From NCBI GenBank assembly GCA_964532995.1, contig CAZHJN010000003.1:1-63936 (forward strand): a DNA stretch of 63,936 bases. The letters run 5' to 3'. Shown here one piece after another: positions 36,649-46,777 of this stretch; position 1 is the stretch's first letter, and each line of letters starts with the position of its first letter. Both the position numbers and the translations under genes were made by a program. The DNA comes from an uncultured bacterium. GTDB lineage: Bacteria > Ratteibacteria > UBA8468 > B48-G9 > DTJG01. The notes under the pieces were generated by a model. The model had not been told where the DNA came from, searched no databases, and worked only from the letters and a program-made list of their open reading frames with translations.

Positions 36649-36672
36649 AATCTTAATAAAAAAGGAGGAAAA

Positions 36673-37764
36673 ATGCAACCTGAAGAAATTAAACTGAAAT
36701 GGACAAAATTGAAAGGTTTGTTAGAACAAAAAAATTTAAGTGGTGTTATCATCAACAGAGTTTCAAACTTTTCCTGGTTTACAGGGGGAGGAAATAACTT
36801 TGTTGCAATAAATACTGATCTTGGTGCAAGTTCATTGCTGGTGACACATAAAAAGATTTATCTGCTTTCTAATAATATAGAATCGGAAAGAATCAAAAAA
36901 GAGGAAATTCCAAATTTGCCTGTTGATGATATTGTATGTTTATGGTATCAGGATGATGGATTACTGGATATGGCGAAAAAAATCGCCGGTGAACGTATCG
37001 GCATAGATAAACCTGGAGAAAATCTGGAATTTGTTGATCTGAACAGTCTGCATCTCCCCCTGCTTTCTGTAGAAATTGAAAGATTCAAAAACCTCGGGCA
37101 GAAGGTCAGTAAGATTGTTTCAAAAATCTGCTATGAAATTAAACCCGGTATGACTGAAAATCAGGTTGCTGGAAAATTGAGCGAAAATTTCTGGGCTGAA
37201 GGAACAATACCTGTTGTTCTGCTGATTGCTGCTGATGAAAGGATCTCCAGTTTCAGACATCCAATAGCCACAGATAAGAAAATTGAAAAATATGTTATGA
37301 TTGTTGTATGCGTGTATGAAAAAGGATTGATTGTATCCATGACAAGACTTGTAAGTTTCAGTAAAATCTCACAGGAAATACAGAAAAAACATAAGGCTGT
37401 TTGTGACGTTGATGCAGCTTTCATATTATCAACAAGACCGGGCCATACTGTTGGCGAAGCATTTAAAGCAGGAATTGATGCATATAAAAAGACAGGTTAT
37501 CCAGAAGAATGGGAAAAACATCACCAGGGAGGACCCTGCGGTTATAGAACAAGGTATTACAGAGCAACGGAAAAAAGTTCAGAAATTATAAAACCTGGAT
37601 ATGCGTTTGCATGGAACCCTTCCATAACAGGAACAAAATCAGAGGATACAATTATTGTAAATGAAAATAATCCGATGATTATCACTGAACATCCAGAATG
37701 GCCGAAAATTAATGTTGAAATAGGAGGCACATGCATTTCAAGACCGGATATACTTTTACGGTAA
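36673..37764 (+). CDS. M24 family metallopeptidase (Xaa-Pro aminopeptidase/creatinase-like)
   Basis: The track ORF is trimmed to ATG 36673 with an AAAGGAGGA Shine-Dalgarno. There is a creatinase-like N-domain and a pita-bread C-domain (HPIATD..., HHQGG, GTKSEDT). Confidence 0.75.
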   Translation: MQPEEIKLKWTKLKGLLEQKNLSGVIINRVSNFSWFTGGGNNFVAINTDLGASSLLVTHKKIYLLSNNIESERIKKEEIPNLPVDDIVCLWYQDDGLLDMAKKIAGERIGIDKPGENLEFVDLNSLHLPLLSVEIERFKNLGQKVSKIVSKICYEIKPGMTENQVAGKLSENFWAEGTIPVVLLIAADERISSFRHPIATDKKIEKYVMIVVCVYEKGLIVSMTRLVSFSKISQEIQKKHKAVCDVDAAFILSTRPGHTVGEAFKAGIDAYKKTGYPEEWEKHHQGGPCGYRTRYYRATEKSSEIIKPGYAFAWNPSITGTKSEDTIIVNENNPMIITEHPEWPKINVEIGGTCISRPDILLR

Positions 37765-39059
37765 TACTATTCATATTAACGTGCTGGCTTTCTAATCCAG
37801 TTACGGTCAATGGAATAAACAAAGTTTCTGACAATATTTACGTGCTAACAGTGGATGGAACTATTAACCCCGTTGTTTACTACAAAATAAAACGTGCAAT
37901 TTCAACAATAAAAAAACAGCAGGGACAGTGTTTAATTCTTATGATGGATACACCTGGAGGACTGCTTATTTCAACAAGAAAAATAGTACAGGAAATCTTA
38001 AATTCTGAAATACCTATAATTTGTTATGTTGCACCAAGAGGTGCACAGTGCGCTTCAGCAGGAACATTTATAGCACTTGCATGTCATGTGGTTGCCATGG
38101 CGCCGGCCACAAATATCGGTGCAGCTCATCCTGTAAGCATCGGAAAAGAAATGGATCAAACGATGCAGGAAAAGGTAGTAAACGATACCGTAAGTTTTAT
38201 CAGAAGCATATGTCATCATACTGGAAGAAACCAGAAATGGGCTGAAGATGCCGTCAGAAAGAGTATTTCAACTTCTGCTGAAGAAGCGGTAAAAATCAAT
38301 GTTGCAGACCTCATTGCGGATGACATTGAACAGTTGCTTGACAAACTTGACAGAAAAGAAATAAAACTCGCTTCTGGGAAAAAAATTATTTTGAACACAA
38401 AAAGTATTCAGGCTCAACAAATCAAAGAAAGTTTTGGTGAAAAATTACTGAATACGATAGGAGATCCGACCGTCGCTTATCTTCTTATGACTATTGGAAT
38501 ACTCGGAATTATTATAGAGTTTTCTCATCCAGGATTTGCTGTGCCTGGAGTCGTCGGAGCAATTTGTCTTATCCTTTCACTTTTTGCTTTTCAAACATTT
38601 ACACAGAGTATTGCAGGTATACTTTTAATAATAACAGGGATTATTCTTTTACTGGCAGAAATTTTTGCACCGGGTGTTGGAATCTTTGCAATAGGAGGGT
38701 TCATAGCTATGGGGCTCGGAACCTGGTTATTTTTCCGATCCCCGCAGAGTGAATTTCGCGTTACTTCAGGCATAATTATACTTATCTATTCCGTGCTTCT
38801 TTCATTGATTTCAGGATTGCTTATACTTATAAGACATACAAAACACAGAAAGATTACCACAGGAAAAGAAGGAATAATAGGTGAACAGGGTAAAGTGATA
38901 ACGGATTTAAATCCAGAAGGAACCGTTTATGTGCACGGTGAATACTGGAAAGCAAGAAGTTCAGGTGAAACCATACCGTCGCAAACAAAGGTGAAAGTTA
39001 AGGAAATAGATGGAATGATGCTGCTGGTGGAAAGGGTTGAAACATCAAATGAAAAATAA
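37731..39059 (+). CDS. NfeD-family membrane-bound ClpP-class serine protease
   Basis: Signal/anchor, ClpP-like domain (MDTPGGLL, CASAGTFIALAC), four TM helices and a C-terminal OB-fold (GTVYVHGEYWKARS...VKVKEIDGMMLLV). AGGAGG lies before the ATG. Confidence 0.8.
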   Translation: MHFKTGYTFTVILFILTCWLSNPVTVNGINKVSDNIYVLTVDGTINPVVYYKIKRAISTIKKQQGQCLILMMDTPGGLLISTRKIVQEILNSEIPIICYVAPRGAQCASAGTFIALACHVVAMAPATNIGAAHPVSIGKEMDQTMQEKVVNDTVSFIRSICHHTGRNQKWAEDAVRKSISTSAEEAVKINVADLIADDIEQLLDKLDRKEIKLASGKKIILNTKSIQAQQIKESFGEKLLNTIGDPTVAYLLMTIGILGIIIEFSHPGFAVPGVVGAICLILSLFAFQTFTQSIAGILLIITGIILLLAEIFAPGVGIFAIGGFIAMGLGTWLFFRSPQSEFRVTSGIIILIYSVLLSLISGLLILIRHTKHRKITTGKEGIIGEQGKVITDLNPEGTVYVHGEYWKARSSGETIPSQTKVKVKEIDGMMLLVERVETSNEK

Positions 39060-39690
39060 AGTTATATATTCAGAAGAATCGTGGAGGATATTCAGAATAA
39101 TGTCTGAATTTGTTGATGGGTTTGAAACGCTGGAGAATATCAAAAATGCGGTGACTGTATGGGGCTCTGCAAGGGTTTCCTCAAAAAATAGATGGTATAA
39201 AGAAGCCGAAAAACTTGGCAGGTTGCTGTCAAAAAATGGATATGCTATGATTACCGGAGGCGGACCTGGAATAATGGAAGCCGCCAATAAGGGAGCTTAT
39301 GAAGAAGGTGGATTATCAATAGGTCTGAATATTGAACTGCCTCAGGAACAGAAACCAAACAAATATATTTCGCATCTCATTTCATTCAGATACTTTTTTG
39401 TACGAAAGGTAATGTTTGTAAAGTATGCAAAGGCCTTTGTTATTTTCCCGGGCGGATTTGGGACACTGGATGAATTTGCTGAAGCTATAACTCTTATTCA
39501 AACCAGAAGAACCGAAAGGTTTCCTGTGATACTTGTTGGTAAACAATACTGGAAGGGCCTTGTGGAATGGATGTGGAATTGCCTTGTTGAAAATGGTTAT
39601 ATTGATAAGGAGGATACAAAAATTTTCAGCGTTGTTGAAAAGTCAGACCAGGTCATCAGGGTAATCAATTCTTTTTACCGCAGGAAGTAA
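39037..39690 (+). CDS. LOG family (TIGR00730) nucleotide 5'-monophosphate nucleosidase-like protein
   Basis: VTVWGSAR, TGGGPGIMEAANKGA and PGGFGTLDEFAE motifs; 217 aa. Confidence 0.8.
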   Translation: MKHQMKNKVIYSEESWRIFRIMSEFVDGFETLENIKNAVTVWGSARVSSKNRWYKEAEKLGRLLSKNGYAMITGGGPGIMEAANKGAYEEGGLSIGLNIELPQEQKPNKYISHLISFRYFFVRKVMFVKYAKAFVIFPGGFGTLDEFAEAITLIQTRRTERFPVILVGKQYWKGLVEWMWNCLVENGYIDKEDTKIFSVVEKSDQVIRVINSFYRRK

Positions 39691-41023
39691 TTTGATGTTC
39701 AATAAGATTAAGAATGGTAACCACCTTTTCTTTGTTTGTCCCTTCAACAAAAACTCTTATAATCGGTTCTGTTCCTGAAGGACGTATCCCAATCCACAGA
39801 TCTTCGAAATCAATTCTCAAGCCATCCAGATAGTTTGCAGTACCTGATGAAAACGCCTCTGTTACATATCTGTAAAGTTGTTCTATTTTTGTAACAGGAA
39901 ATTCAAATTTTTTCTTTATGAAGAAGTAATCAGGTAAATTGCTGACCATTGTAGATAGTTCTGATTCAGTTTTCGCCATCATTTCCAGTGTCAGAGCCAT
40001 CCCTGCAAAACTATCTCTTCCATAATGAAATTCGGGCAAAATAATTCCACCATTGCCTTCACCACCGGCAACAGCACCAATTTTTTTCATTCTCTCAACA
40101 ACATATACCTCGCCAACCTTTGTTCTTGATAAATCTGCATGGAATTTGCCACAAATATAATCTATAAGCTTTGTTGTTGAAATATTAACAACAACAGGTC
40201 CATTATTCCTTTTTAATATCCATCCGATCAATAAAGCCAGCCCCTGTTCCTCGCTTATAAAACTCCCGTTTTCTGAAACAAGCGCCAGTCTATCACAATC
40301 AGGATCCTGAGCAAATCCAGTACAGGCAGATTTTTTTCTGACTGCTTCAGAAAGACACTCCAGATGCTCTGGTGTTGGTTCTGGATGGTGCGAGAATTCA
40401 CCTATCGGTTTTTCATTTATCATTGTAACAGAACAACCCAACATTTCAAGAAATTTTTGGGAATAAAGGGCACCCACTCCCTGAACAGGGTCAACAACAA
40501 TTTTAAAATTTTTCTTTCTTATAGCATCCGCATCAACGCAATCAAGAAGAGATGAGAAGAATTTTTCCATAAAATCTTTAAATTTCAAGTATGTTCCAGT
40601 TTTTCTTTGTCTGAAGGTTTCATTTCTCTGTTTCCCGTAAACATCAAGAAATTCTAAAAATTCCTCAGGATTCAAAAAAGTACCTGATGAACTTATCAGT
40701 TTTATCCCATTGTATTCCATCGGATTATGGCTTGCAGTTATAATGGCTCCACAAAAATTCGGGTGTTTCTCAACAAACCATGTGAGCGCCGGAGTTGGTA
40801 CAATACCAGCATCATAGACATTTTTCCCTGCTTCTAAAAGACCCCTTACGAAACTTTCTTTTAAAAGAATTCCACTTTTTCTTGTGTCTCTTCCTATAAC
40901 TATGTTTTCCTGTGCTGACCAGATTCCAAATGCCCTGCCAAAATCAAAAGCATGTCTGTCTACCAGAGACTCACCATAAATGCCTCTGATTCCTGAAACA
41001 CTGATAATCAATTTTTTCATCAT
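39665..41023 (-). CDS. Phosphohexomutase (phosphoglucosamine mutase/phosphomannomutase family)
   Basis: SGIRG, active-site TASHNPMEYNGIKL, metal loop DPDCDR, and GEGNGG; 452 aa. Confidence 0.8.
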   Translation of the reverse strand: MMKKLIISVSGIRGIYGESLVDRHAFDFGRAFGIWSAQENIVIGRDTRKSGILLKESFVRGLLEAGKNVYDAGIVPTPALTWFVEKHPNFCGAIITASHNPMEYNGIKLISSSGTFLNPEEFLEFLDVYGKQRNETFRQRKTGTYLKFKDFMEKFFSSLLDCVDADAIRKKNFKIVVDPVQGVGALYSQKFLEMLGCSVTMINEKPIGEFSHHPEPTPEHLECLSEAVRKKSACTGFAQDPDCDRLALVSENGSFISEEQGLALLIGWILKRNNGPVVVNISTTKLIDYICGKFHADLSRTKVGEVYVVERMKKIGAVAGGEGNGGIILPEFHYGRDSFAGMALTLEMMAKTESELSTMVSNLPDYFFIKKKFEFPVTKIEQLYRYVTEAFSSGTANYLDGLRIDFEDLWIGIRPSGTEPIIRVFVEGTNKEKVVTILNLIEHQITSCGKKN

Positions 41024-41710
41024 TTATATAATTGAGTCTGGAATAAGGTATTGGCGCAATGTACTTTGGTTTAACTGTTCAAGCCTGACTGCATCTTCAA
41101 TTTTGAATTGTCCAACGCGGGTTCTTATCAATGATTCCTGAACAGCTCCATAACCAAGTTTCTTCCCTATGTCTCTGCAAAGTGCTCTTATATATGTTCC
41201 CCTGAAACACCTGACCCTCAGAACAATCCTCGGGATTTCTATCTTCTTTACTTCAATCTCATGAATAAAAATTTTTCTGGGTTCGGGAACAACAGTACCA
41301 CCCTGTCTGTAAATTTTGTAAAATCTCATACCATGTTTGCGAATAGCTGAAACAACAGGAGGAATCTGTTCAATTTCACCGACAAATGATGATACGACTT
41401 TTTTAATCATTTCCTTATCAAGGTCTTCATAGTTCAGGTCCTGCTTATCAAGAATTTTCCCCTGTATATCATCAGTATCTGTTGTTATACCAAGAAGTAA
41501 TGTCGCAATATATTCTTTCTCCATCGAAAGGAACTTACCTGCTTTTTTTGTTGAGCTTCCTATACAAATAACAAGCACACCAGAAGCAAGAGGATCAAGG
41601 GTTCCTGTATGGCCTATTTTTGCATGAAAACCCGGGATTTTCTTGATAAATCTTATTACATCATATGATGTAATTCCAGAAGGTTTATTTACGTTTAAAA
41701 AGCCGTTCAT
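41024..41710 (-). CDS. truB: tRNA pseudouridine(55) synthase
   Basis: GFLNVNKPSGITSYDV, HTGTLDPLASGVLV (catalytic Asp) and GTYIRAL motifs; 228 aa. Confidence 0.9.
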   Translation of the reverse strand: MNGFLNVNKPSGITSYDVIRFIKKIPGFHAKIGHTGTLDPLASGVLVICIGSSTKKAGKFLSMEKEYIATLLLGITTDTDDIQGKILDKQDLNYEDLDKEMIKKVVSSFVGEIEQIPPVVSAIRKHGMRFYKIYRQGGTVVPEPRKIFIHEIEVKKIEIPRIVLRVRCFRGTYIRALCRDIGKKLGYGAVQESLIRTRVGQFKIEDAVRLEQLNQSTLRQYLIPDSII

Positions 41711-42693
41711 CTTTTTTGCTGTTTAAGATATCTGAAAAAAACTTCCATGGCAGATTCAACCGTCATCCCTTTAATGGAAAAACCTGCGGCATTATTATGC
41801 CCTCCCCCTCCAAAATGTTCTGCAAGTTTTCTGACATTAAAATTGTTTCTGCTTCTTAAACTGAATTTAATCTCATTTTTCCTTTCTCTGACCAGAAACA
41901 CAAAATCCATTTTACCGACAGATTGCAACATGTTTATTACAATCTCTGTATCCTGTTCTTCTGCCTTTGTTTCCTTAAACATCTGTTCTGTTACAACTGT
42001 CCAGGCAACCGGTACATCTGGATCAACCTGCATGGAAACAAGGGCATGCCCAACCAGTTTAAGAGAAGCAATGGAATTATTACAGTAAATATTATTTGCT
42101 ATTTTTTCAGGATCTATCCCTATCTCCAGTAATTTATCAATTACAGCAATGGTCCTGCGATCAAAATTATACCTGAAAGAGCCGGTATCTGTAAGAATAG
42201 AAACATACAAACATTCAGCCACCTTCTTCTCAATACGACAAAGATAATCTGCAATAATAAAACACATTTCGCCAACTGAAGAAGAGTTTTCACAAACCCA
42301 GTTGATCTCACCAAAATAAGTATTTTTTTGATGATGGTCTATGTTGATTATGAGACAATCTTCCGAAACGAGTGATAAAGGCTTGCCTATACGATCTTTA
42401 TTGCTGCAATCAAATGCAATAACAACGTCCGGATTAATTTTCTTATTCCTGCACAAATCAAATGTCTGAATTTCTGAAAATCCTGATAGGAAACTGTAAA
42501 CCTTTGATGCTTTCATCTCATTAATAATGAATACCTTTTTATTGAGTCCTCGCAGTATTCGCAAAAATGCTAACTCGCAACCAATACCATCGCCATCCGG
42601 TACCTGATGTGTTGTCAGAAGAAAACGTCCGTGTTCTTCTATCGCTTTACGGATCTTTGATATTGAATTTTTATCATCATCTGTAATAAACAT
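41707..42693 (-). CDS. nrnA: DHH/DHHA1 phosphoesterase (NrnA-like oligoribonuclease/pAp phosphatase)
   Basis: THQVPDGDGIG, DHH motif NIDHHQKN, and DHHA1 GGGGHNNAAG. The start is trimmed from 42744 to ATG 42693 (MFITDDD), leaving a 17-nt overlap with hflX. Confidence 0.75.
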   Translation of the reverse strand: MFITDDDKNSISKIRKAIEEHGRFLLTTHQVPDGDGIGCELAFLRILRGLNKKVFIINEMKASKVYSFLSGFSEIQTFDLCRNKKINPDVVIAFDCSNKDRIGKPLSLVSEDCLIINIDHHQKNTYFGEINWVCENSSSVGEMCFIIADYLCRIEKKVAECLYVSILTDTGSFRYNFDRRTIAVIDKLLEIGIDPEKIANNIYCNNSIASLKLVGHALVSMQVDPDVPVAWTVVTEQMFKETKAEEQDTEIVINMLQSVGKMDFVFLVRERKNEIKFSLRSRNNFNVRKLAEHFGGGGHNNAAGFSIKGMTVESAMEVFFRYLKQQKR

Positions 42694-43816
42694 ATTTTCC
42701 AACCATCTTTTTGATTTCATCTTTGAGGATATCAAAACCCTCACCGGTTTTTGCTGAAATAAAAATCGCGTCCTGATAATTTTTTTTCAAGAAATTCAAT
42801 TCGCCCTCATCTATACTGTCTATTTTATTAAACACCATAATTCTTGGCTTGTCCTTAATCTCAAGGATTTGAAGTACGTCATCTATAGTTCGGATCTGTT
42901 TTTCAATATTGAAACCTGTCGCATCAATCAGGCAAACCAGAAGATGAGAAAATTTCAGCTCTTCAAGGGTTGCTCTGAAAGCTGCTATAAGGTGGTGTGG
43001 CAGAGAAGACAGCAGCCCCACAGTATCAGAGATTAAACAAAAACTTCCTTCACCAAGATAAACAAACCTTGTTAACGGATCAAGTGTTGAAAAAAGTCTG
43101 TTATCAGTGACAGCATCATAACTGTGTATCAATGCATTAAGCAATGTACTCTTTCCAACATTGGTGTATCCGATCAGGGCAACCACAGGAAAGTTCTTAC
43201 GTTGCCTTGCTTCACGGATAATTCCTCTATGTTTTTCAATCTCTTTAATTCTATTATTCAAAAGCCTTATTCTTTCTCTTGCCCTCCTTCTGTAAACTTC
43301 AAGTTTTTGCTCACCCGGACCTCTTGTACCAATAGTCCCACCCAATCTTGAAAGCCTTCCATAGGAACCCGCAAGCCTTGGTAAAAGATATGTCATCTGC
43401 GCCAGTTCCACTTGAAGCTTCCCTTCCAGCGTATGGGCATTTTTCCCAAAAATCAACAGTATTAAAACAGTCCTGTCAATCACTGCCATACCAAAAGAAT
43501 CTTCAAGGTTCCTCTGCTGCACCGGAGTGAGTTCTTTCCCGAAAATTATCAAATCACAGGATTCCTTCTGAATTATTTTGCTAATCTCCTGAATCTTGCC
43601 TTTTCCAATATATGTGGCCGGATGAACAGGTTCAGGATGTCTCGCAATAACAGATGCGACAACATTCAGACCGAGGGTACGTGCAAGAGATTTCAGTTCT
43701 TCAAGATTTTCTTCAGAAGATACTGCGGTTTTCTCACTAAAATCTATTATCAGTACTCTCTTTCCTGTAATATCAAAACCTGTAAGAACCTTAGGATGTT
43801 GCATCTGGAGTTTCAA
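42677..43816 (-). CDS. hflX: GTPase HflX
   Basis: HflX N-terminal domain (LEELKSLARTLG, GPGEQKLE) and G domain GYTNVGKSTLLNAL, DTVG, NKID; 379 aa. Confidence 0.9.
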   Translation of the reverse strand: MKLQMQHPKVLTGFDITGKRVLIIDFSEKTAVSSEENLEELKSLARTLGLNVVASVIARHPEPVHPATYIGKGKIQEISKIIQKESCDLIIFGKELTPVQQRNLEDSFGMAVIDRTVLILLIFGKNAHTLEGKLQVELAQMTYLLPRLAGSYGRLSRLGGTIGTRGPGEQKLEVYRRRARERIRLLNNRIKEIEKHRGIIREARQRKNFPVVALIGYTNVGKSTLLNALIHSYDAVTDNRLFSTLDPLTRFVYLGEGSFCLISDTVGLLSSLPHHLIAAFRATLEELKFSHLLVCLIDATGFNIEKQIRTIDDVLQILEIKDKPRIMVFNKIDSIDEGELNFLKKNYQDAIFISAKTGEGFDILKDEIKKMVGKYVYYR

Positions 43817-44117
43817 TCCTCAAGATTTTGACCACAGAAAGCATATCTCTGTGCCCTTTCTTGCGGCTGTATCCTGTTTTCTTCTTTTTCTTAAAAACAT
43901 ATATTTTTTCGCCTTTTTTCTCATCAAGTATTTCAGCCAGCACAGAACACTTTTTGAGATATTCACTATCTGTTATGATTGAATTTTCCTTTTCAACAGC
44001 TACAATATCCTGAATGTTGAATTGTTTTCCTTTTTCCTGCTTCAATTTAAAAACCTCAAAAACATCACCTTCTCCAACGTGAAATTGTTTTCCGGATAAT
44101 CCGATTATTGCTTTCAT
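43791..44117 (-). CDS. rplU: 50S ribosomal protein L21
   Basis: MKAIIGLSGKQFHVGEGDVFEV and KIYVFKKKKKTGYSRKKGHR are L21 signatures; 108 aa. Confidence 0.85.
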   Translation of the reverse strand: MKAIIGLSGKQFHVGEGDVFEVFKLKQEKGKQFNIQDIVAVEKENSIITDSEYLKKCSVLAEILDEKKGEKIYVFKKKKKTGYSRKKGHRDMLSVVKILRIETPDATS

Positions 44118-46777
44118 TTTAACTCCCCGGTTAAAAGTTTAATATTTTTTTCAATATTATTAAGTTCAGTTGCGAGGTCATCTCTAAGTTTTTTTGTTCT
44201 TTCTATAACAGATGGTGACGCATTTGAAATAAAAGCGTCATTAGAAAGTTTTTTCTCTGTCTCTTCAAAAATTCTGAGAATTTTATTTCTGCTATCAGTC
44301 AACTTTTTTATTTCTGTCCCGATATCTATAACACCTTCAATCTTTATTGAAAACCAGCCATCTTCCCAGCTGCGGAAAATCTCATCTCCAGCGTTAACCC
44401 TGCTATCCTGATCCACTTTATCAAATTCAACTTTTGCAAGAAATTCGACTATTCGTCTGTATTCAGACATATCAAGCAACCTGATATTGTTGTATAAAGC
44501 TTCTATTTTTTTTGTGACAGGAATCCTGCAACATGTTTTGATATCTCTTATTTCAACTATAATTTTTTTGATTTTATTCATTATTTCCATGACCTTTTCA
44601 AAATCTAATTCTTGAACGGGTAGCGGCCATGAACTTTGTGTTATAAAAACATCCTTAATATCAGCAAATTTTTTCATCCTGTTATAGAGATCTTCAGTTA
44701 TAAAAGGTACAAATGGATGAAGTAGTTTAAGAATTTTTTCCATCACATAAACCAGAACCGGGATCACAGAAGAAACAAGATATGGGTCTTTCTGCGGATA
44801 CATCTTTGACATCTCTACATACCAATCACAATATTCGTGCCAGAAAAACTCATATATGGAATCAGCGGCTTCATTGAATTTAAAATTCTCAAGACATTCA
44901 GTAATATGAACAATCCTCCTGTTGAGAAGCGTAAGAATCCATCTTTCACAAATCTGAAGATCTTCAAATTCCTTTTCAACCTGATTAATTGTGATTTTCC
45001 TGCATTCATTTTTTTCAACAAGAATTTCAATATATCTGAATGAATTCCAGAGTTTATTAATGAAGTTTCTTCCTTTATGGTGAAACTTCTGCGGTAAAAA
45101 AACATCCTGACCAAATGCAGTCAGTGAAATCAAACTGTAACGTAACGCATCAGCTCCGGATTCATCAATAATTTCAAGTGGATCAATTGCATTACCAAGA
45201 GATTTACTCATCTTTCTGCCTTTTTCATCTCTTACAGTTCCATGTATATAAACTGATTCAAAAGGTTTTTTTTCTGTAAATTCCAAACCGGCCATTACCA
45301 TCCTTGCCACCCAGAAGAAAAGTATCTCCTGTGCGGTAACAAGAGTGCTGGTTGGATAGAAAAATTCGAGGTCTTTTGTTTTCTCAGGCCATCCAAAAAC
45401 TGCAAACGGCCATAACCAGGAAGAAAACCATGTATCAAGCACATCCTTATCCTGGATCAACTCCCTGCATCCACAACACTCGCATACCTCAGGATGTTCA
45501 ATGCTTGCAATGGGTGGACATGATTCGTTTGAGCAATACCATACTGGTATCCTGTGACCCCACCATATCTGACGGCTGATGCACCAATCCTGAATATTAT
45601 TGAGCCAGTGAAGGTAAATTTTTGTCCACCTTTCAGGATAAAAATTAAGCTGCCCAGCCATAACAACATCAATCGCGGGTTGAGCAAGCTCTTTCATTTT
45701 CACAAACCATTGTTGTGAAATATAAGGTTCAATAAATGTATCACAGCGATAGCAATGGCCCACTCTGAATACATATGGTTCAATCTTTTCAATAAGTCCT
45801 TTTTTATTAAGTTGTTCAATAATCATTTTTCTGCATTCAAATCTGTCAAGACCCTTGAAAATACCAGCATTTTCATTCATTCTCGCATTCTCATCCATCA
45901 CAGTTATAAATTCCAGGTTATGTCTTTTAGCAATAGCATAGTCAACCGGATCATGAGAAGGAGTTACCTTTACAGCTCCTGTCCCGAATTCCATATCAAC
46001 CTGAGTGTCAGCAATCACAGGGATCAATCTGTTAACAAATGGTAAACGTACCTTTTTCCCAATAATATTCTTATATCTTTCGTCGAAAGGATTCACAGCC
46101 ACAGCCGTATCACCAAGCATTGTTTCGGGTCTTGTGGTGGCAACCACTATGAAACCATTTTCATCTATTGGATATCTCAAATAATAAAGATCTCCCTTAT
46201 TTTCTGTATATTCAACCTCCTCGTCGGATAATGCTGTTGTGCATCTCGGACACCAGTTTATAATTCTGGTTCCTCTGTAGATAAGACCTTTTCTGAACAA
46301 CGATATAAACACTGTTTGAACCGCTCTTGAAAATTGTTCATCCATGGTAAACCTGATTCTGTCCCAGTCGCATGATACACCAAGACGTTTAAGCTGTTCA
46401 ATAATCCTGTTGCCATATTTCTCACGCCACTTCCATACTTCCTTCAAGAATTCTTCTCTGCCGAGATTTTCTCTTGTTATTCCTTTCTTCATCAACTCTT
46501 TTTCCACGACATTTTGTGTGGCAATCCCGGCATGGTCTGTTCCTGGAACCCACAAAGTATTGAATCCAGACATCCTCTTCCATCTGATCAGAATATCCTG
46601 AATTGTATTATTCAGTGCATGACCTATGTGTAAATAGCCGGTTACATTCGGAGGAGGTATGACTATAACATACGGAGTACCTGAATAATCTTTTGAATGA
46701 AAAACCCCTGACTCCAACCATCTATCATACCAGTACTTCTCGACTTCTAAATGATTATATCTATTATCAGACATCAT
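44114..46777 (-). CDS. valS: Valine--tRNA ligase
   Basis: PPPNVTGYLHIGHA (HIGH), KMSKSLGN (KMSKS), a CP1 editing domain and a C-terminal coiled coil; 887 aa. Confidence 0.95.
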   Translation of the reverse strand: MMSDNRYNHLEVEKYWYDRWLESGVFHSKDYSGTPYVIVIPPPNVTGYLHIGHALNNTIQDILIRWKRMSGFNTLWVPGTDHAGIATQNVVEKELMKKGITRENLGREEFLKEVWKWREKYGNRIIEQLKRLGVSCDWDRIRFTMDEQFSRAVQTVFISLFRKGLIYRGTRIINWCPRCTTALSDEEVEYTENKGDLYYLRYPIDENGFIVVATTRPETMLGDTAVAVNPFDERYKNIIGKKVRLPFVNRLIPVIADTQVDMEFGTGAVKVTPSHDPVDYAIAKRHNLEFITVMDENARMNENAGIFKGLDRFECRKMIIEQLNKKGLIEKIEPYVFRVGHCYRCDTFIEPYISQQWFVKMKELAQPAIDVVMAGQLNFYPERWTKIYLHWLNNIQDWCISRQIWWGHRIPVWYCSNESCPPIASIEHPEVCECCGCRELIQDKDVLDTWFSSWLWPFAVFGWPEKTKDLEFFYPTSTLVTAQEILFFWVARMVMAGLEFTEKKPFESVYIHGTVRDEKGRKMSKSLGNAIDPLEIIDESGADALRYSLISLTAFGQDVFLPQKFHHKGRNFINKLWNSFRYIEILVEKNECRKITINQVEKEFEDLQICERWILTLLNRRIVHITECLENFKFNEAADSIYEFFWHEYCDWYVEMSKMYPQKDPYLVSSVIPVLVYVMEKILKLLHPFVPFITEDLYNRMKKFADIKDVFITQSSWPLPVQELDFEKVMEIMNKIKKIIVEIRDIKTCCRIPVTKKIEALYNNIRLLDMSEYRRIVEFLAKVEFDKVDQDSRVNAGDEIFRSWEDGWFSIKIEGVIDIGTEIKKLTDSRNKILRIFEETEKKLSNDAFISNASPSVIERTKKLRDDLATELNNIEKNIKLLTGELK

